A stretch of 64,000 nt of DNA from Squalus acanthias (Eukaryota): positions 9,920,001-9,984,000 of the forward strand of contig CM059432.1 in assembly GCA_030390025.1 (NCBI GenBank), read 5' to 3'. Of the stretch, positions 48,879 through 61,724 are shown one piece after another. The first letter of the stretch is position 1, and each line of letters starts with the position of its first letter. The notes under the pieces are model-generated. The model did not search any database. It was not told where the DNA came from and worked only from the letters and a program-made list of their open reading frames with translations. The translations under genes and the position numbers were made by a program.

Positions 48879-48994
48879 TCAAAGAACATAAGAAACAGGA
48901 GCAGGAGTCGGCCAATCGGCCCCTCGAGTCTGCTCCGCCATTCAATAAGATCATGGCAGATCCAATCTTGGCCTTAACACCACTTTCCCGCTCT

Positions 48995-49407
48995 CGCTCC
49001 AGATAGAGAATAGATTTTTTGTTCTTCTCTCTCTCGGTGAATTGTGAAGGAAAGCTTAAGATCTTTATAGGGCTTTAGTCATGCACAGCCATCCCTTAAA
49101 ATTAATTCTTTTTCAGTTTCCTAACTGATCTGTTGATAATTGTCTTGTTTGTTTGAGATATAGGCTCCCCTCTTATCTGGGAGACCACTGACCCATTACT
49201 AAAGCATTCCTTGCTAACAAAAAGACCGCTTCTTGCTGACAAAGCTTTTTCTTGCTAAATGTCATCCATACCCTGAAGAATTCTGGGATTGATCAACTTG
49301 ACCATTTTATTATTTCTAGCTAAAATACAAGTCCACAAGCTAATAATAAGTGAAAAGATAGCAAACAACCTTAATCATATGAGATTAAACCAAATCCTAA
49401 TCCTACA
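48995..49407 (-). mobile_element. Probable truncated LTR (U3 portion)
   Basis: Minus strand starts TGTAGG at 49407; TATAAA near 49064-49069; three short CTTGCT(A/G)A repeats. Confidence 0.35.
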
Positions 49408-49499
49408 TATATGCGTATATAAAGAATGCAGGTACCCTAGCTGATTTTTCCCCCATCCTCAGCTAGAGGTGGTAAAACCTCCTTTTAACGCGACTCACT

Positions 49500-50900
49500 C
49501 TCACACCGACATGGATCAGCTAATCCAGCACAGTTCAGGTATCGATCTGTTTGGCTCTGCGGGACTGGTTTCACGCGGAGTGCCAAATTTACCGATCGCT
49601 CCCATCAGGAGGACGGATCTCACCCGCTGCTGTTGACAGCTGGTTTCACAGACTGATGCCGGCCAAGGCTGGTGAGCTTCACCTGAACTTGAGGACATGA
49701 CGCATAAACCAAGCGGGAATATGGGGGAGTGAAGAGAACCCCTTTTAAACGTAATTTTGACCAGGGCAATGGTAATGACCAGCTCTGAACCAGAACGTGT
49801 CGATCAATTTCCCCTGCTAACTGCCGATCTGAAAACTCCCAACACCAAAAAAATGAGATACTTTAAATGACATTTTGAGCGTCAGGTTAATCTGGGTCAG
49901 AGCGTTCTCCGGGGTTAATCACTAATAGCTGGTCACAGGACTGGGGCAGAAACATGCATTGGTGAACTTGCGATGACTTCACCGCCACCCTTCTTCTTGT
50001 CAATTGCACTTATCCGGGAATGTGTGAAAACACTTAATCGAGCCCCCTGCCTTTGATTGACTGAGAACTATATTAACAGTGACTGTTCAGTTAATCTAAG
50101 TGATCTAATCTACTGAATTGCATGCGATCCAGCCTAATCAGTCGAATCCTTTCTAATACCAAGAGCGTTCTTCCCAGCGATTGTTCAACTTCGGAATTTT
50201 GAGGTTTGGCGAGTTGATTAAATTATTTGAGCTTTGACGGAACACCATCGGCCTTGAGTAAATTGGTTTTCCTCCCGAATTACAGTAATTACAGTGGCAC
50301 AGATGTCGGGGATTAACCTTCTCTCGCAAAGGGGAGCAAACAGATGGTGGAGTGACACTGGCCTTCAAAATCAATAGAGTTCCTACCTGCTCGTTCAAAT
50401 AATCCTATCGTTCAATAACTGATTGCCCCGTGCCAACCTGAAAGTAATTTTATTTCAAGACAGGCTCTTTGCCTAATGCGACTCGTTATAAAATATTAAA
50501 ATCAAATTTATCACATTAGTGAAAGCATTTGTTAGATCGCAGATAATTTCTTCTGAATTACAAGCTTCCTGCACTTTTGTATAAAAAAAAAGACATATTA
50601 CACGCAAACTATTTAGGGGGTTTCAATTATTTCATTACATTTCTCTCGCTTTTCTTAAAATTGCTGAGAAGATTATCCGTCTCTATGAAGAACGCCACCT
50701 CAAAAAGCAGCGATCAGTATCATTTCTGTGAATGGCAGGTTTTTGGAGCCACCTAATCACATCTTCTGTGAACGTCCAGACTGTGCTCAGAAACGTTCTG
50801 GCTCTCGCAAGCCGAGTCTGTATGTTTCAATATCTGTATCGTCGTTGGTGACTCTATCACCCCATTTAATCTGCTTCCTCTCTCCTGTTGGAGAAGGAGA
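49500..50900. promoter_or_regulatory. Candidate enhancer rich in K50-homeodomain (OTX/CRX/PITX) and bHLH sites
   Basis: 13 TAATC/GATTA motifs in 49521-50871; CAGATG at 50300 and 50341; CpGs retained; no recognisable repeats. Confidence 0.5.
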
Positions 50901-51090
50901 GTCTGTGCCATGATAAAAAGTCACAAGCCTTTGAACGACTAAGGCTGATTGCTTTCCCAGTTAACCTTGCTGTTTATTCTCCATTGCCGGTGCAATGATC
51001 ACCGGCCTTCCCGGCAGCATGTCACGCCAGAAACAGAGGGTTTTTTCTGTTCTGTTTGCCATGGCAGCTACTCTGCAATATAAAGATATT

Positions 51091-51540
51091 GGGGGAATGT
51101 TAACCCCCGAAAACGGGTGGGTTTGGGTCAGGTGGAAAGTTAAGATGTTAAAAATTTCCAACCCGCCTGGAACCCGCCCACTTCCAGTTTTAACCGAGGT
51201 GGGACGGTGGTGGATGGGGGGATTGGTGGGGGGACGACCAATCCGCTCTCAGGAGGCCGGTTGGTTGTTAAAACCTGCGTACCTTCATTTTAATAAGGTT
51301 TCTCATTTTCAACCCACGTTGGCCGGGTTTCCCGGCCTCGGGAAACCCGGCAGGTAAAAGGAGGCGAGAAGGGCCGGCCTCATCAGATAAGTGCCTTTAC
51401 AGCACTTGGGCAGGAAACCTGCAGCAACACGTTAAAACGTGCCCTGGAGTTAAAAACATTTGGGGAAACTGCACTGCCGGGATTCCCGGCCATAACTCTT
51501 CCCCGCCCACTCCGATCGCGCCTCGGTAAATATTGAGGCC
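51091..51540. mobile_element. Harbinger-like MITE
   Basis: Ends GGGGGAATGTTAACC / GGTAAATATTGAGGCC; ATT/ATA flanks; AACCCG/CGGGT subterminal motifs. Confidence 0.6.
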
Positions 51541-52964
51541 ATAACTGGTGAGCTGCTTTTTGACTGCCTTATACTGTAAGCGCCTGGGGATGTGTTTGCT
51601 ACATTAAAGGCACTATATAAATGCAAGTTGTTGTCAATTTTACACAGTAGCATAATTTATATACTGTACCGAGACGAGACGAGGTGTCGGCGGAATGACC
51701 TGTAAATTTGGAAAAGAAGAGATGGTCTTATTGTATATGTGGGATGTTGTGGTTCCATTTAACAGATCATGAAGTGCTTAAAGAGTCATAGAGTCATAAC
51801 GGCACCAAAGGAGGCCATTCGGCCCATCGAGTCCATGCTGGCTCTCTGTAGAGCAATCCAGTCAGTCCCATTCCCCCGCTCTATCCCCGTAGCCCTCCAA
51901 GTTTATTTCCCTCAAGTGCCTATCCAGTCTCTCCTTGAAAACATTGAGTGTCTCTGTTTCCACCAATTCCGTCAGCAGCGAGATCCAGGTCCTCACCACT
52001 CGCTGCGTAAAAAAGTTTTCCCGGTTTTCATATCAAATCCAAAGGCTAACTGGTATGTTGGGCTCCTGCTAGCTAGCAGGCAATGTGTTGCTTCTGCCTA
52101 AGTTTCTAAATGGTCTAATTATGCACAGTATTGGAAATCCTTTTTATTGCGGCTATTCGTGATGACTCCTATGCATGGTCTTCAAGGCCTCAGCAAAGGA
52201 TGCTCTGCAGGGATCAGAAAAGGAAACTGCTGCAAATATTTGTCACATCTACATTACAAAAATGTCATCCCGGCTCTTTAAAAATATTTACAACTCACAA
52301 TTAAGAAATTATGAAGTGTTTCCTCCAGTGGCTCAGGATAAATGGACCTCACATTGTCAGAGTCATCGAGTTATACAGCACAGAAAGAGGCCCTTCGGCC
52401 CATCGTGTCCGCGCTGGCCATCAAGCCCTGTCTATTCTAATCCCAGTTTCCAGCACTTGGTCCGTAGCCTTGTATGCTATGGTGTTTCAAGTGCTCATCT
52501 AAATGCTTCTTGAATGTTGTGAGGGTTCCTGCCTCTACCACCCTTTCAGGCAGTGAGTTCCAGATTCCAACCACCCTCTGGGTGAAAAAGTTTTTCCTCA
52601 AATCCCCTCTAAACCTCCTGCCCCTTACCTTGAAACTATGCCCCCTGGTTATTGACCCCTCTACTAAGGGGAAAAGTTCATTTCTATCTAACCTATCTAT
52701 GCCCCTCATAATTTTGTACACCTCAATCAGGTCCGCCCTCAGCCTTCTCTGCTCTAAGGAAAACAACCCCAGCTTGTCCATTCTCTCTTCATAGCAGAAG
52801 CGCTCCAGCCCAGGTAACATCCTGGTGAATCTCCTCTGCACCCTCTCCAATGCAAGCACATCCTTCCTATAGTGTGGCGACCAGAACTGCACACAGTATT
52901 CCAGCTGTGGCCTAACTAGCATTTTGTACAGTTCCATCATAATCTCCCTGCTCTTATATACTAT

Positions 52965-53238
52965 TGAGAGGTCGCACAACACCAGGTTATAGTCCAACAG
53001 TTTTATTTGAAATCACAAGCTTTCGGAGCTATCGATTGCTCCTTCCTCAGGTGAAGTAAATTAGATACAGAATCGCCAAAGCATATATAGATAGAAAACA
53101 AAGCATGTGTACCTTACAATTGCAGACCACTAAATTAAATCATCCTGACTATCTGCCGAGGTGTGATAAAGTTAATTAAGTCAGCCAGGAAGGTACCACA
53201 TCAAAGACATAGCAAGACAAGGCATCTCCGCATCATGA
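52965..53238 (-). mobile_element. Penelope-like insertion (family 2) with an inverted terminal segment
   Basis: 12-bp TSD CTTATATACTAT (52953-52964/53239-53250); homologous to 15970-17237. Confidence 0.8.
53013..53054 (-). ncRNA. Minimal type I hammerhead ribozyme (Penelope-associated)
   Basis: TCAC-CTGAGGA-A-GGAGC-AATCGATA-GCTCC-GAAAG-CTT-GTGA; intact core, stems I and II, AAGCTT palindrome. Confidence 0.75.
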
Positions 53239-55099
53239 CTTATATACTATGCCTCGGCTAATGAAGGCAAGTATCCCATATGCCTTTTTAACCACCTTAT
53301 CTACCTGTCCTGCTGCCTTCAGGGATCCATGTACATGCACACCAAGGTCCCTCTGATCCTCTGTCCTTCCTAGGGTCCTACCATTCATTGTGTATTCCCT
53401 TGCCTTGTTAGTCCTCCCAAAATGCATCACCTCACACTTTTCAGGGTTAAATTCCATTTGCCACTGTTCTGCCCATCTAACCATCCCGTCTATATCGTCC
53501 TGTAGCCTGAGGCTTCCCTCCTCGCTATTTACCACTCCACCAATTTTCATGTCATCTGCGAACTTACTGATCATACCTCCTACATTCATATCTAAATCAT
53601 TAATGTACACTACAAACAGCAAAGGACCCAGCACCGATCCCTGCGGTACACCACTGGACACAGGCTTCCAGTCACAAAAACAACCTTCGACCATCACCCT
53701 CTGCCTCCTGCCACTAAGCCAATTTTGGATCCAATGTGCCAAATTGCACTGGATCCCATGGGCTCTTACCTTCTTGACCAGTCTCCCATGCGGGACTTTG
53801 TCAAAAGCCTTACTGAAGTCCATGTAGACTACATCAACTGCACTACCCTCATCCACACAGCTAGTCACCCCCTCGAAAAATTCAATCAAATTGGTCAGAC
53901 ATGATTGCCCCCTGACAAAGCCATGCTGACTATCTCTGATTAATCCCTGCCTCTCCAAGTGGAGACTAATTCTGTCCCTCAGGATTTTTCCAATAATTTC
54001 CCTACCACTGATGTTAGGCTCACTGGCCTGTAATTCCCTGGTTTATCCCTACTACCCTTCTTGAACAATGGTACTACGTTAGCTGTTCTCCAGTCCTCTG
54101 GCACCTCCCCTGTGGCCAGAGAGGTTCTGAAAATTTGTGTCAGAGCCCCTGCAATCTCCTCCCTTGCCTCACACAGCAGCCTGGGATACATCCCGTTAGG
54201 GCCTGGGGATTTATCCACTTTTAAGCCCGCTAAAACCGCTAGTACCTCCTCCCTCTCAATACTAATTTGTTCAATTATATCACAATCCCCCTGCCTGATT
54301 TCTATGCCTACATCGTCCTTCTCCATAGTGAACACAGATGCAAAATATTCATTTAAAACCTCACCCACATCTTCCGGCTCTACACACAGATTGCCACTTT
54401 GGTCCCTAATGGGCCCTACTCTTTCCCTGGTTATCCTCTTGCCCTTAATATACTTATAAAACACCTTGGCATTTTCCTTTATTTTGCCCGCCAGTGTTTT
54501 TTCATGCCTCCTCTTCGCTCTCCTAATTTCTTTTTTAAGTACCCCCCTGCACTTTCTATACTCCTCTAGGGCTTCCACTGTTTTTAGTCCTTTGTATCTG
54601 CCAAAAGCCTCCCTTTTTTTCCTAATCCATTCTCGTATATCCCTTGACATCCAGGGTTCCCTGGGCTTGTTGGTCCCACCCTTGACCTTTACGGGAACAT
54701 GTTGGCGTTGTACTCTCTCTATTTCCTTTCTGAAAGACTCCCACTGCTCTGATGTGGATTTTCCTACAAGTAGCTGATCCCAGTCCACTTTGACCGATCC
54801 TGCCTTATCATACTAAAATCGGCCTTCCCCCAATTTAGAACCTTTATTTCCGGTCCATCTTTGTCCTTTGGTAAAGAAAAAAACACAGCAACAACAACCT
54901 GTATTTATATAGCGCCTTTAACATTGTAAAATGTCCCAAGGCGCTGCACAGGCGTATTTTAAGACAAAAAAATTGACACCGAGCCACATAAGGATAAATT
55001 AGGGCAGGTGACCAAAAGCTTGGTCAAAGAGGTAGGTTTTAAGGAGCGTCTTAAAGGAGGAAAGAGAGGTAGAGAGGCGGAGAGGTTTAGGCTCGTACC

Positions 55100-55420
55100 T
55101 ATCTTTTATTTCTTTGCGTTCTCTCCTTTTGCCTCCTTTTTGTCTCCCCCACTTATTACTTCTACCCTTTTACCTGATCACAACCTTCGCAGAGCAATCT
55201 CTATGTCTTTCTCTGTGCGTGTGTGGTTGGTTGTTTCTTTTCCCCCCCTTTTCCCTTCTTCTGTTCTATTTTAAAGTGCGGTTCATCTGTAATATCTGCC
55301 AATGCTGAGGAAGGGTTTATACCTGAAACATCCACTCATTTGTGTTTTCTCGACAGATGCGGCCTGACCTGCTGAGTCTCTGTAGTGTTTGCTGTTTTTG
55401 TCCAAAAGCTTTCCAGTTCT
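55100..55420 (+). mobile_element. Old Penelope-like fragment with a degenerate hammerhead
   Basis: CTGAGGA-AGGGT-TTAT-ACCT-GAAAC-ATC at 55305-55332, then CAGATGCGGCCTGACCTGCTGAG as in family 1. Confidence 0.55.
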
Positions 55421-55874
55421 GCAGGCTAACTGGATTCCGACAGGTGCAAGAAGCAATTGATAGAACTAATGTGCCGCTCGAGCCCCATGTGACAATCTCC
55501 TCAATTCAATGAATGCTTTGATTCTATTAATGTGCAATGCCAGCCACTTTATCCTGTACGTCAATGCCAGATACCTAGGAAACCACAATGACGCCTTCAT
55601 CGGACAATCCACCATGCCACACGGAGCAATGTATCCAGATGGCTGATTGGTGATTAGCCCTATCCCTGCCAGCCAACAGCTACAACTTGCATTTATATAG
55701 CGCCTTTAACATAGTAATACGTCCAAAAGTGCTCCACAGGAGCGTTATCACACCAAATATGACCCCGAACCACATGAGGAGATATTAGAACAGATGATCA
55801 AAAGCTTGGTCAAAGAGGTAGGTTTTACATAAGAACATAAGAAATAGGAGCAGGAGTAGGCCAATTGGCCCCTC

Positions 55875-56750
55875 GTACTTCATTGGCTGTAAAGCGCTTT
55901 GGGATGTCTTGAGGTCATGAAAGGGGCTATATAAATGCAAGTATTTCTTTTTTCTATTCTTTCATTCTCTAATTCTTTTACCAGAACAGACGATTAAAAG
56001 TTACATATGCACAAGGAAGGCCCTTTTCCCTCTGACCTCTGACCCCAATGAAGGAGCGTCTTAAAAGAGGAGAGAGAGGTAGCGAGGCGGAGAGGTTTAG
56101 GGAGGGAATTCCAGAGCTTAGGGCCTAGGCAGCTGAAGGCACGGCCGCCAATGGTTGAACGATTAAAATCAGGGATGCTCAAGAGGCCGGAATTAGAGGA
56201 GCGCAGATATCTCGGGGGGTTTGTGGGGCTGGAGGAGATTACAGAGATAGGGAGGGGCGAGGCCATGGAGGGATTTGAAAACAAGGATGAGAATTTTAAA
56301 ATTGAGACGTTGCTTAACCGGGAGCCAACTTACCTCTTTGACCAAGCTTTTGGTCACCCGCCCAAATATCTCTTTATGTGGCTCGGTGTCTGATTTCATC
56401 TGATAACACTCCTGTGAAGCGCCCTCGGAGGCTTTTACTACATTAAAGATGCTATAGAAATGCAAGTTGTTGTTGCTTGGCAGTGGCGGACTTCCTCTTG
56501 GCAGTGGGAGCCCTGCTGGGAGGCCACCCTCTATGTCAAGTGACCCTCGACCCAGGAAAAAGTAGTCAGGGCCATTGCGGGGTCAGAGGTCAGAGGGAAA
56601 AGGGCCTTCCTTGTGCACATGTAACTTTTAATCGTCTGTTCTGGTAAAAGAATTAGAGAATGAGAGAATAGAAAAAAGAAATACTTGCATTTATATAGCC
56701 CCTTTCATGACCTCAAGACATCCCAAAGCACTTTACAGCCAGTGAAGTGC
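55875..56750. repeat. 176-bp near-perfect inverted duplication (arms 55875-56050 and 56573-56750) among L2 fragments
   Basis: Arms differ by 5 substitutions and a 2-bp indel and include non-repeat sequence. Confidence 0.9.
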
Positions 56751-56849
56751 TTTTGAAGTGTAATGTAGAAAACGTGGCAGCCATTTGCACACAGCAAGAT
56801 CCCACACAGCAATGTGATAATCACCAGATGTGTTTTAGTGATAAGGGAA

Positions 56850-58795
56850 AAATTGAGGGTAAAGAAAGAGGCATACACTAAGTACATGGACAGCGGGGGA
56901 GAGCAAGACAAGAGAGAATGCAAAGAGATTAGGAGAGAAGTAAAAAAAAATTAGAAATGCAAAGAGGAATTATGAAATTAAATTATCAAGGAACATAAAA
57001 CAAACTAGTTAAATATTTTACAGGCACATAAATAAAAAAAGGAAAGTCAGGATAGGAATAGGGATGGACAGGATAATATTACAGGCAACAATCGAGACAT
57101 GGCAGAAATATTAAATAATTACTTTGCTTCAGTATTTACCAGGGAGACAGAACAGGTAGACATGACATCAAATGATGAGATTAGAAATGAGATAAGAGCA
57201 TTTAAAATAAAAGGAGGGGTATATTAAATAAATGAATCAAAGGAGGGGATATATTAAACAAATGAATCAAACTCAAAGAGGATAAAGCCCCTGGTCCTGA
57301 TGGATTACATCCGCGCATTTTATAAGAATCTAGGGAAGCGATAGCAGGGGCATTACTACACATATTTAATAATTCGTTAGAACAAGGTGTCGTGCCAGAG
57401 GTTAGCTAACGTAATACCGATATTTAAGAAGGGGGATAGAACATGTCCAGGGAATTATAGACCAGTCAGCTTAACATCGGTGGTAGGAAAAATAATGGAA
57501 TCCCTACTAAAGGAGAAAATAGAAGAACATCTAGAAACAAAAAACATAATAATGAATAGTCAGCATGGATTTCAAAAGGGAAAATCTTGTTTGACCTACC
57601 TCATTGAATTTTTTGAAGAGTTAACAGAGACAGTGGACAAGGATGATGCAGTAGATGTAATTTATCTAGATTTTCAAAAGGCCTTCGATAAGGTACCATG
57701 CGGAGTCAGGGGACAAGTAGCAGAATGGATAGCTCGCTGGCTTCAAGACAGAAAGCAGAGAGTAGGGGTAAAGGGGAGCTATTCAGAGTGGCAGAAGGTG
57801 GGAAGTGGTGTTCCACAAGGATCAGTGCTGGGACCACTGCTGTTCACAATTTATATTAACGATTTAGACTTTGGAATCAAAAACAATTTGCAGATGATGC
57901 CAACTTGGGTGGGGGGGGATAGTCAATACTGAGGAGGACTGCAACAAATTACAAGAAGACATTAATAAACTTGCAGAATGGGCATATAATTGGCAAATGA
58001 AATTCAACACAGATAAATGTGAGGTATTACATTTTGGTAGGAAGAATAAGGAGGTCACTTATTACTTGGAAAATATGCATCTAAGTGGGGTAGAAGAGCA
58101 AAGGAATCTCAGAGTACAAATACACAAATCACTGAAAGTAGTGACACAAGTTAACAAGGCCATAAAAAAGCAAACCAAGCACTAGGGTTCATTTCTAGAG
58201 GGATACAATTGAAAAGTAGAGAAGTTATGCTAAACTTGTATCAAACCTTGGTTAGGCCACACTGCATATAATTCTGATCGCCATATTATAAAAAGAATAT
58301 AGAGGCACTGGAGAGAGTGCAAAAAAGATTTAAAATGCGAGGGTATACATATCAGGAAAGGATGAACAGGCTGGGTCTCTTTTCTCTTGAAAAAAGAAGG
58401 CTGAGGGGTGACCTAATAGAGGTCTTTAAAATTATGAAAGGTTTTGATAGAGTGGATACAGAGAGAATGTTTCCACTTGTGGGGAAGAGCATAACTAGAG
58501 GCCATCAATATAAGATAGTCACCAAGAAATTAAATAGGGAATTCAGAAGAAACTTCTTCACCCAGAGTGTGTCGAGAATGTGGAACCCGCTACCACAGGG
58601 AGTGGTTGAAGCGAATAGTATAAATGCATTTAAGGGGAGGCTAGACAAGCATATGAGGGAGAAGGGAATAGAGGGTTATGCTGACAGAGTTAGATGAGGA
58701 AAGACGGGAGGAGGCTCGAGTGGAGCATAAATGCCAACATGGACTGGTTGGGCCGAATGGCCTGTTTCTATGCCGTATATCCTATGTAATCCTAT
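56850..58795 (+). mobile_element. CR1 LINE, about 1.9 kb, frameshifted
   Basis: ORFs 57387..57932, 57997..58185 and 58317..58697 with RT motifs; TCCTATGT tail. Confidence 0.9.
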
Positions 58796-59043
58796 GTTGG
58801 TTGAGGGTTAAATATTGGCCAGGACACCGGGGAGAACTCCCCTGCTCTTCTTCAAAATAGTGCCAGTTGATCTTTTACGTCCACCTGAGAGAGCAGACGA
58901 GGCGTCGGTTTAACGTCTCATCTGATAGACGGCACCTCCGACAGAGCAGCACTCCTTCAGTATTGCACTGACGTGTCAGCCTAGATTTTCATGTTCAAGT
59001 CTCTGAACTCACAACCTTCTACCAACTGAGCTACGGCTGACAC
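58796..59043 (-). mobile_element. SacSINE1-like SINE 5' half
   Basis: Appears to be the rest of the SINE whose tail lies at about 56675-56840, split by the CR1. Confidence 0.75.
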
Positions 59044-59548
59044 TCTAATGATGTAAGCCAGGTGAAAAATGAATGGCTTCACGCTTACAACGCATAAGCC
59101 AGCCTGCACAGCTTTCTATCCCTCTAGAGCATTTCCCTGATTTCACTGTTCGCCAACTAAAGGTTGTTGGAGCATGCTATTTAATTCCAACAATCCATCT
59201 GGAGATAAACAGACACAATTTTAATTTAGGAATTGAAACAAGCACATTAAATGTAATAAAGCAAACTTAGTTCCATCCCAATCGTACAGTGCTTGCGAAA
59301 AATTGGAACCCGATATTATGATTAATTCTACAACCCAATTATCACCAGACAGAACATTGCATTGGTTGACTGGTCTGTTCAGTAATATAAATGGGGGATG
59401 AGCGGGGGGGGAAGGTATGGTAGTCTCGTAGATATGTTACTAGGCTAGTAATACAAAGGCTCTGAGCTAACAATCCCACATAGCGCCTGAGTTCAAATCC
59501 CACCATGGCAGCTTGAGAATGTGAATTGTATTGAAAACATTCTGGAAA

Positions 59549-60565
59549 GGGAGAAATTCATTATAGCCCCGTTTGTGATGCTAACTTTTAAAAGTTGAGA
59601 AACATTAGCGCCAGGCGCTAATTTTCTCAACTTTTAAAAAATTCGGTTTTGCGCTCCAGGAAGGAAGTGCAACAGGCAGCGGGCGGGGCGGTAGGTGTGC
59701 AGCGCTGCACATTGGGCCGTGCAGCGCAGCCACGTTGGAAGGCTCCTTCCCTCCCTTAAAGGGAAGGGCCATCGCTGCTGGCTCTGCAAGGGCAAAACCT
59801 ATGTGTCCAAAAATGTGCGGGTTAGGTTGATTTGGCTATGATAAATTGACCCTTAGTGTTAGGGGGGGATTAAATATGTGGGGTTATGGGGATAGGATGG
59901 GATATGTTAGGGGGAATTAAATACGTGGGGTTACGGAGGTCGGGTGGGATATGTGTACTGTGGGGATTAAAGCAGGGACAGGGTACTGGATTTGAATGAT
60001 CAGCCATGATCGTATTGAATGGTGGTGCAGGCTCGACGGGCCGAATGGCCTACTCCTGCTCCTAGATTCTATGTTTCTATGTTTACCTGGTCCCCGACGG
60101 CAGCTGCGATGCGGCCCGATCAGCCCAATGCGCTGCAGCAGAGTGCCGGGCTGATCGAGCGCTGCCGAGGATAAAAAAAAACGCAAAGAGCATTTCGGAT
60201 TTTTATTTTCACCTACCTCGGCCACCTCGCCTTTAAGTCTCGCCCCCGCCCCCCCCCCGCGGAAGCGCCCGGCCTCCCGTTCAACGCCTCCTGCAGCTGT
60301 CGGTGTCATCGCTCGACGATGCTGCAGGGGGCGGAAATTAATTTCAGGTCCGGGGCGCTACCGGGGCGGTGAGCAGCAGGATGACGTCACGATCTGCAGG
60401 CGCAGGAGATCTGGCGCTAGGGGTTACCGCCGCCGCAAACCGCCAGGTGAATTTCACGGGCGGCGGTAACATTGCCGCGCCCGGGGGCTAAGTCCTTAGC
60501 ATCCCGTTATCACCCCCCCCCCGGAGGCGCTAACGGGAGGCGCTAAGGCACCGAATTTCTAGCCC
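59549..60565. mobile_element. Harbinger-like MITE inside a tRNA-SINE, itself containing an HE1 3' fragment (about 59805-60082)
   Basis: TIRs GGGAGAAATTC / GAATTTCTAGCCC; AAA/ATA flanks; host SINE B-box GAGTTCAAATCCC near 59488. Confidence 0.7.
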
Positions 60566-60680
60566 ATAATGCTGGTATCAGTAAAGAAAGTGACCATGAA
60601 GCTGTCAGATTGTCGTAAAAACCCAACTGGTCAAGGTGTTATGATCTGGAATGCACTGCCCTGAAAGCAGATTCAATACT

Positions 60681-61421
60681 GGCCCTGAATTTGCGGTCGG
60701 AGGCGTACCAGAAGAACACGCCTCCGAACCAGAAAAAAAATCCGAAAGTACCTGGTGTCTCCGGACCTTTGGAGTCTTTGGGTCCTGGGTCTCCAGGCGG
60801 ACGCCTGCGTAAGGGCCCACAGATCCCAGGGACGCAGGCGGTTCGGAAATGTCCCTGGGCTCACGTGAGCCAGGCCAACCAATTAGAAAGGGGGAATCCC
60901 TCATAAGTTTTTGGGGATTCCATTTACGAACTAAATCCCCTTAAGCTTCTGAGAAATCTCCAAATAAAACACAATTCTAATAAAAATAAATATTCCCATG
61001 TTCCAAATTAATTAAAAGTCCCTTTGATTAAGCATTTAAAATAAAAATTACATGTTTCGAAAAATAATAAAAACACTCTATTCCGGCCCAAAAATTTACA
61101 TGAACTAATTTTAAATGCTTCTGTATGTTTTAATCATTTTTTAAACTTAACTTAACATTTATTTCAACCCTTGCGGCAGTAAAAGCAGGCGTAAGGGTTT
61201 CGTGGGCATTCGCTGGGCGGTTGTTGGGCAAACAGCCCAACTCTGTGCCAGCGAAGGTGTTTGGGGGCCCGTGCGGACGATCTGTCAACGCGAAACTCGA
61301 CACATCGCAAGTTCCGGGTTTTCGTGCATGCGCAGCGCGTGCGGAAACCCGGGACTTGCGGGGCCGTTCTGAGGGCTTACGACGGTGGACGCAGTGCGTA
61401 GGCTGTCATAAAATCCGGGCC
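60681..61421. mobile_element. Harbinger-like MITE inside a CR1 3' end (about 60633-61571)
   Basis: TIRs GGCCCTGAATTT / AAATCCGGGCC; ACT/AAT flanks; related to 22741-23428. Confidence 0.75.
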
Positions 61422-61724
61422 AATAAATTTCAAAAGAGAATTGGATAAATACTTGAAGGGGTAAAATTTGCAGGGCTACGGGGAAAGGGACTAATTGGAT
61501 AACTCTTTCAAAGAGCTAGCACTGGCACAATGGGCCGAATGGCCTCGCTCTGTGCTGTACCATTCTATGATAAAGGTTCTTTCCCCTGTGGAAACTTCAA
61601 CAGCAGAATTACAGCAGAATTATTTCAGATTGCAGAGAATTCCAAAATATTTTTCACGAATTATTAGCCTGGATATTTCTCTTGGTAATGGGTCACCACT
61701 GACATCTGGATCTCCACCTCTTGT

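Larger units (their letters stand above)
52358..54870 (-). mobile_element. CR1 LINE, 2.5-kb 3' part with largely open ORF2
   Basis: ORFs 53979..54788, 53233..53958 and 52437..52997 form a continuous RT region with one frameshift and one insertion. Confidence 0.95.
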
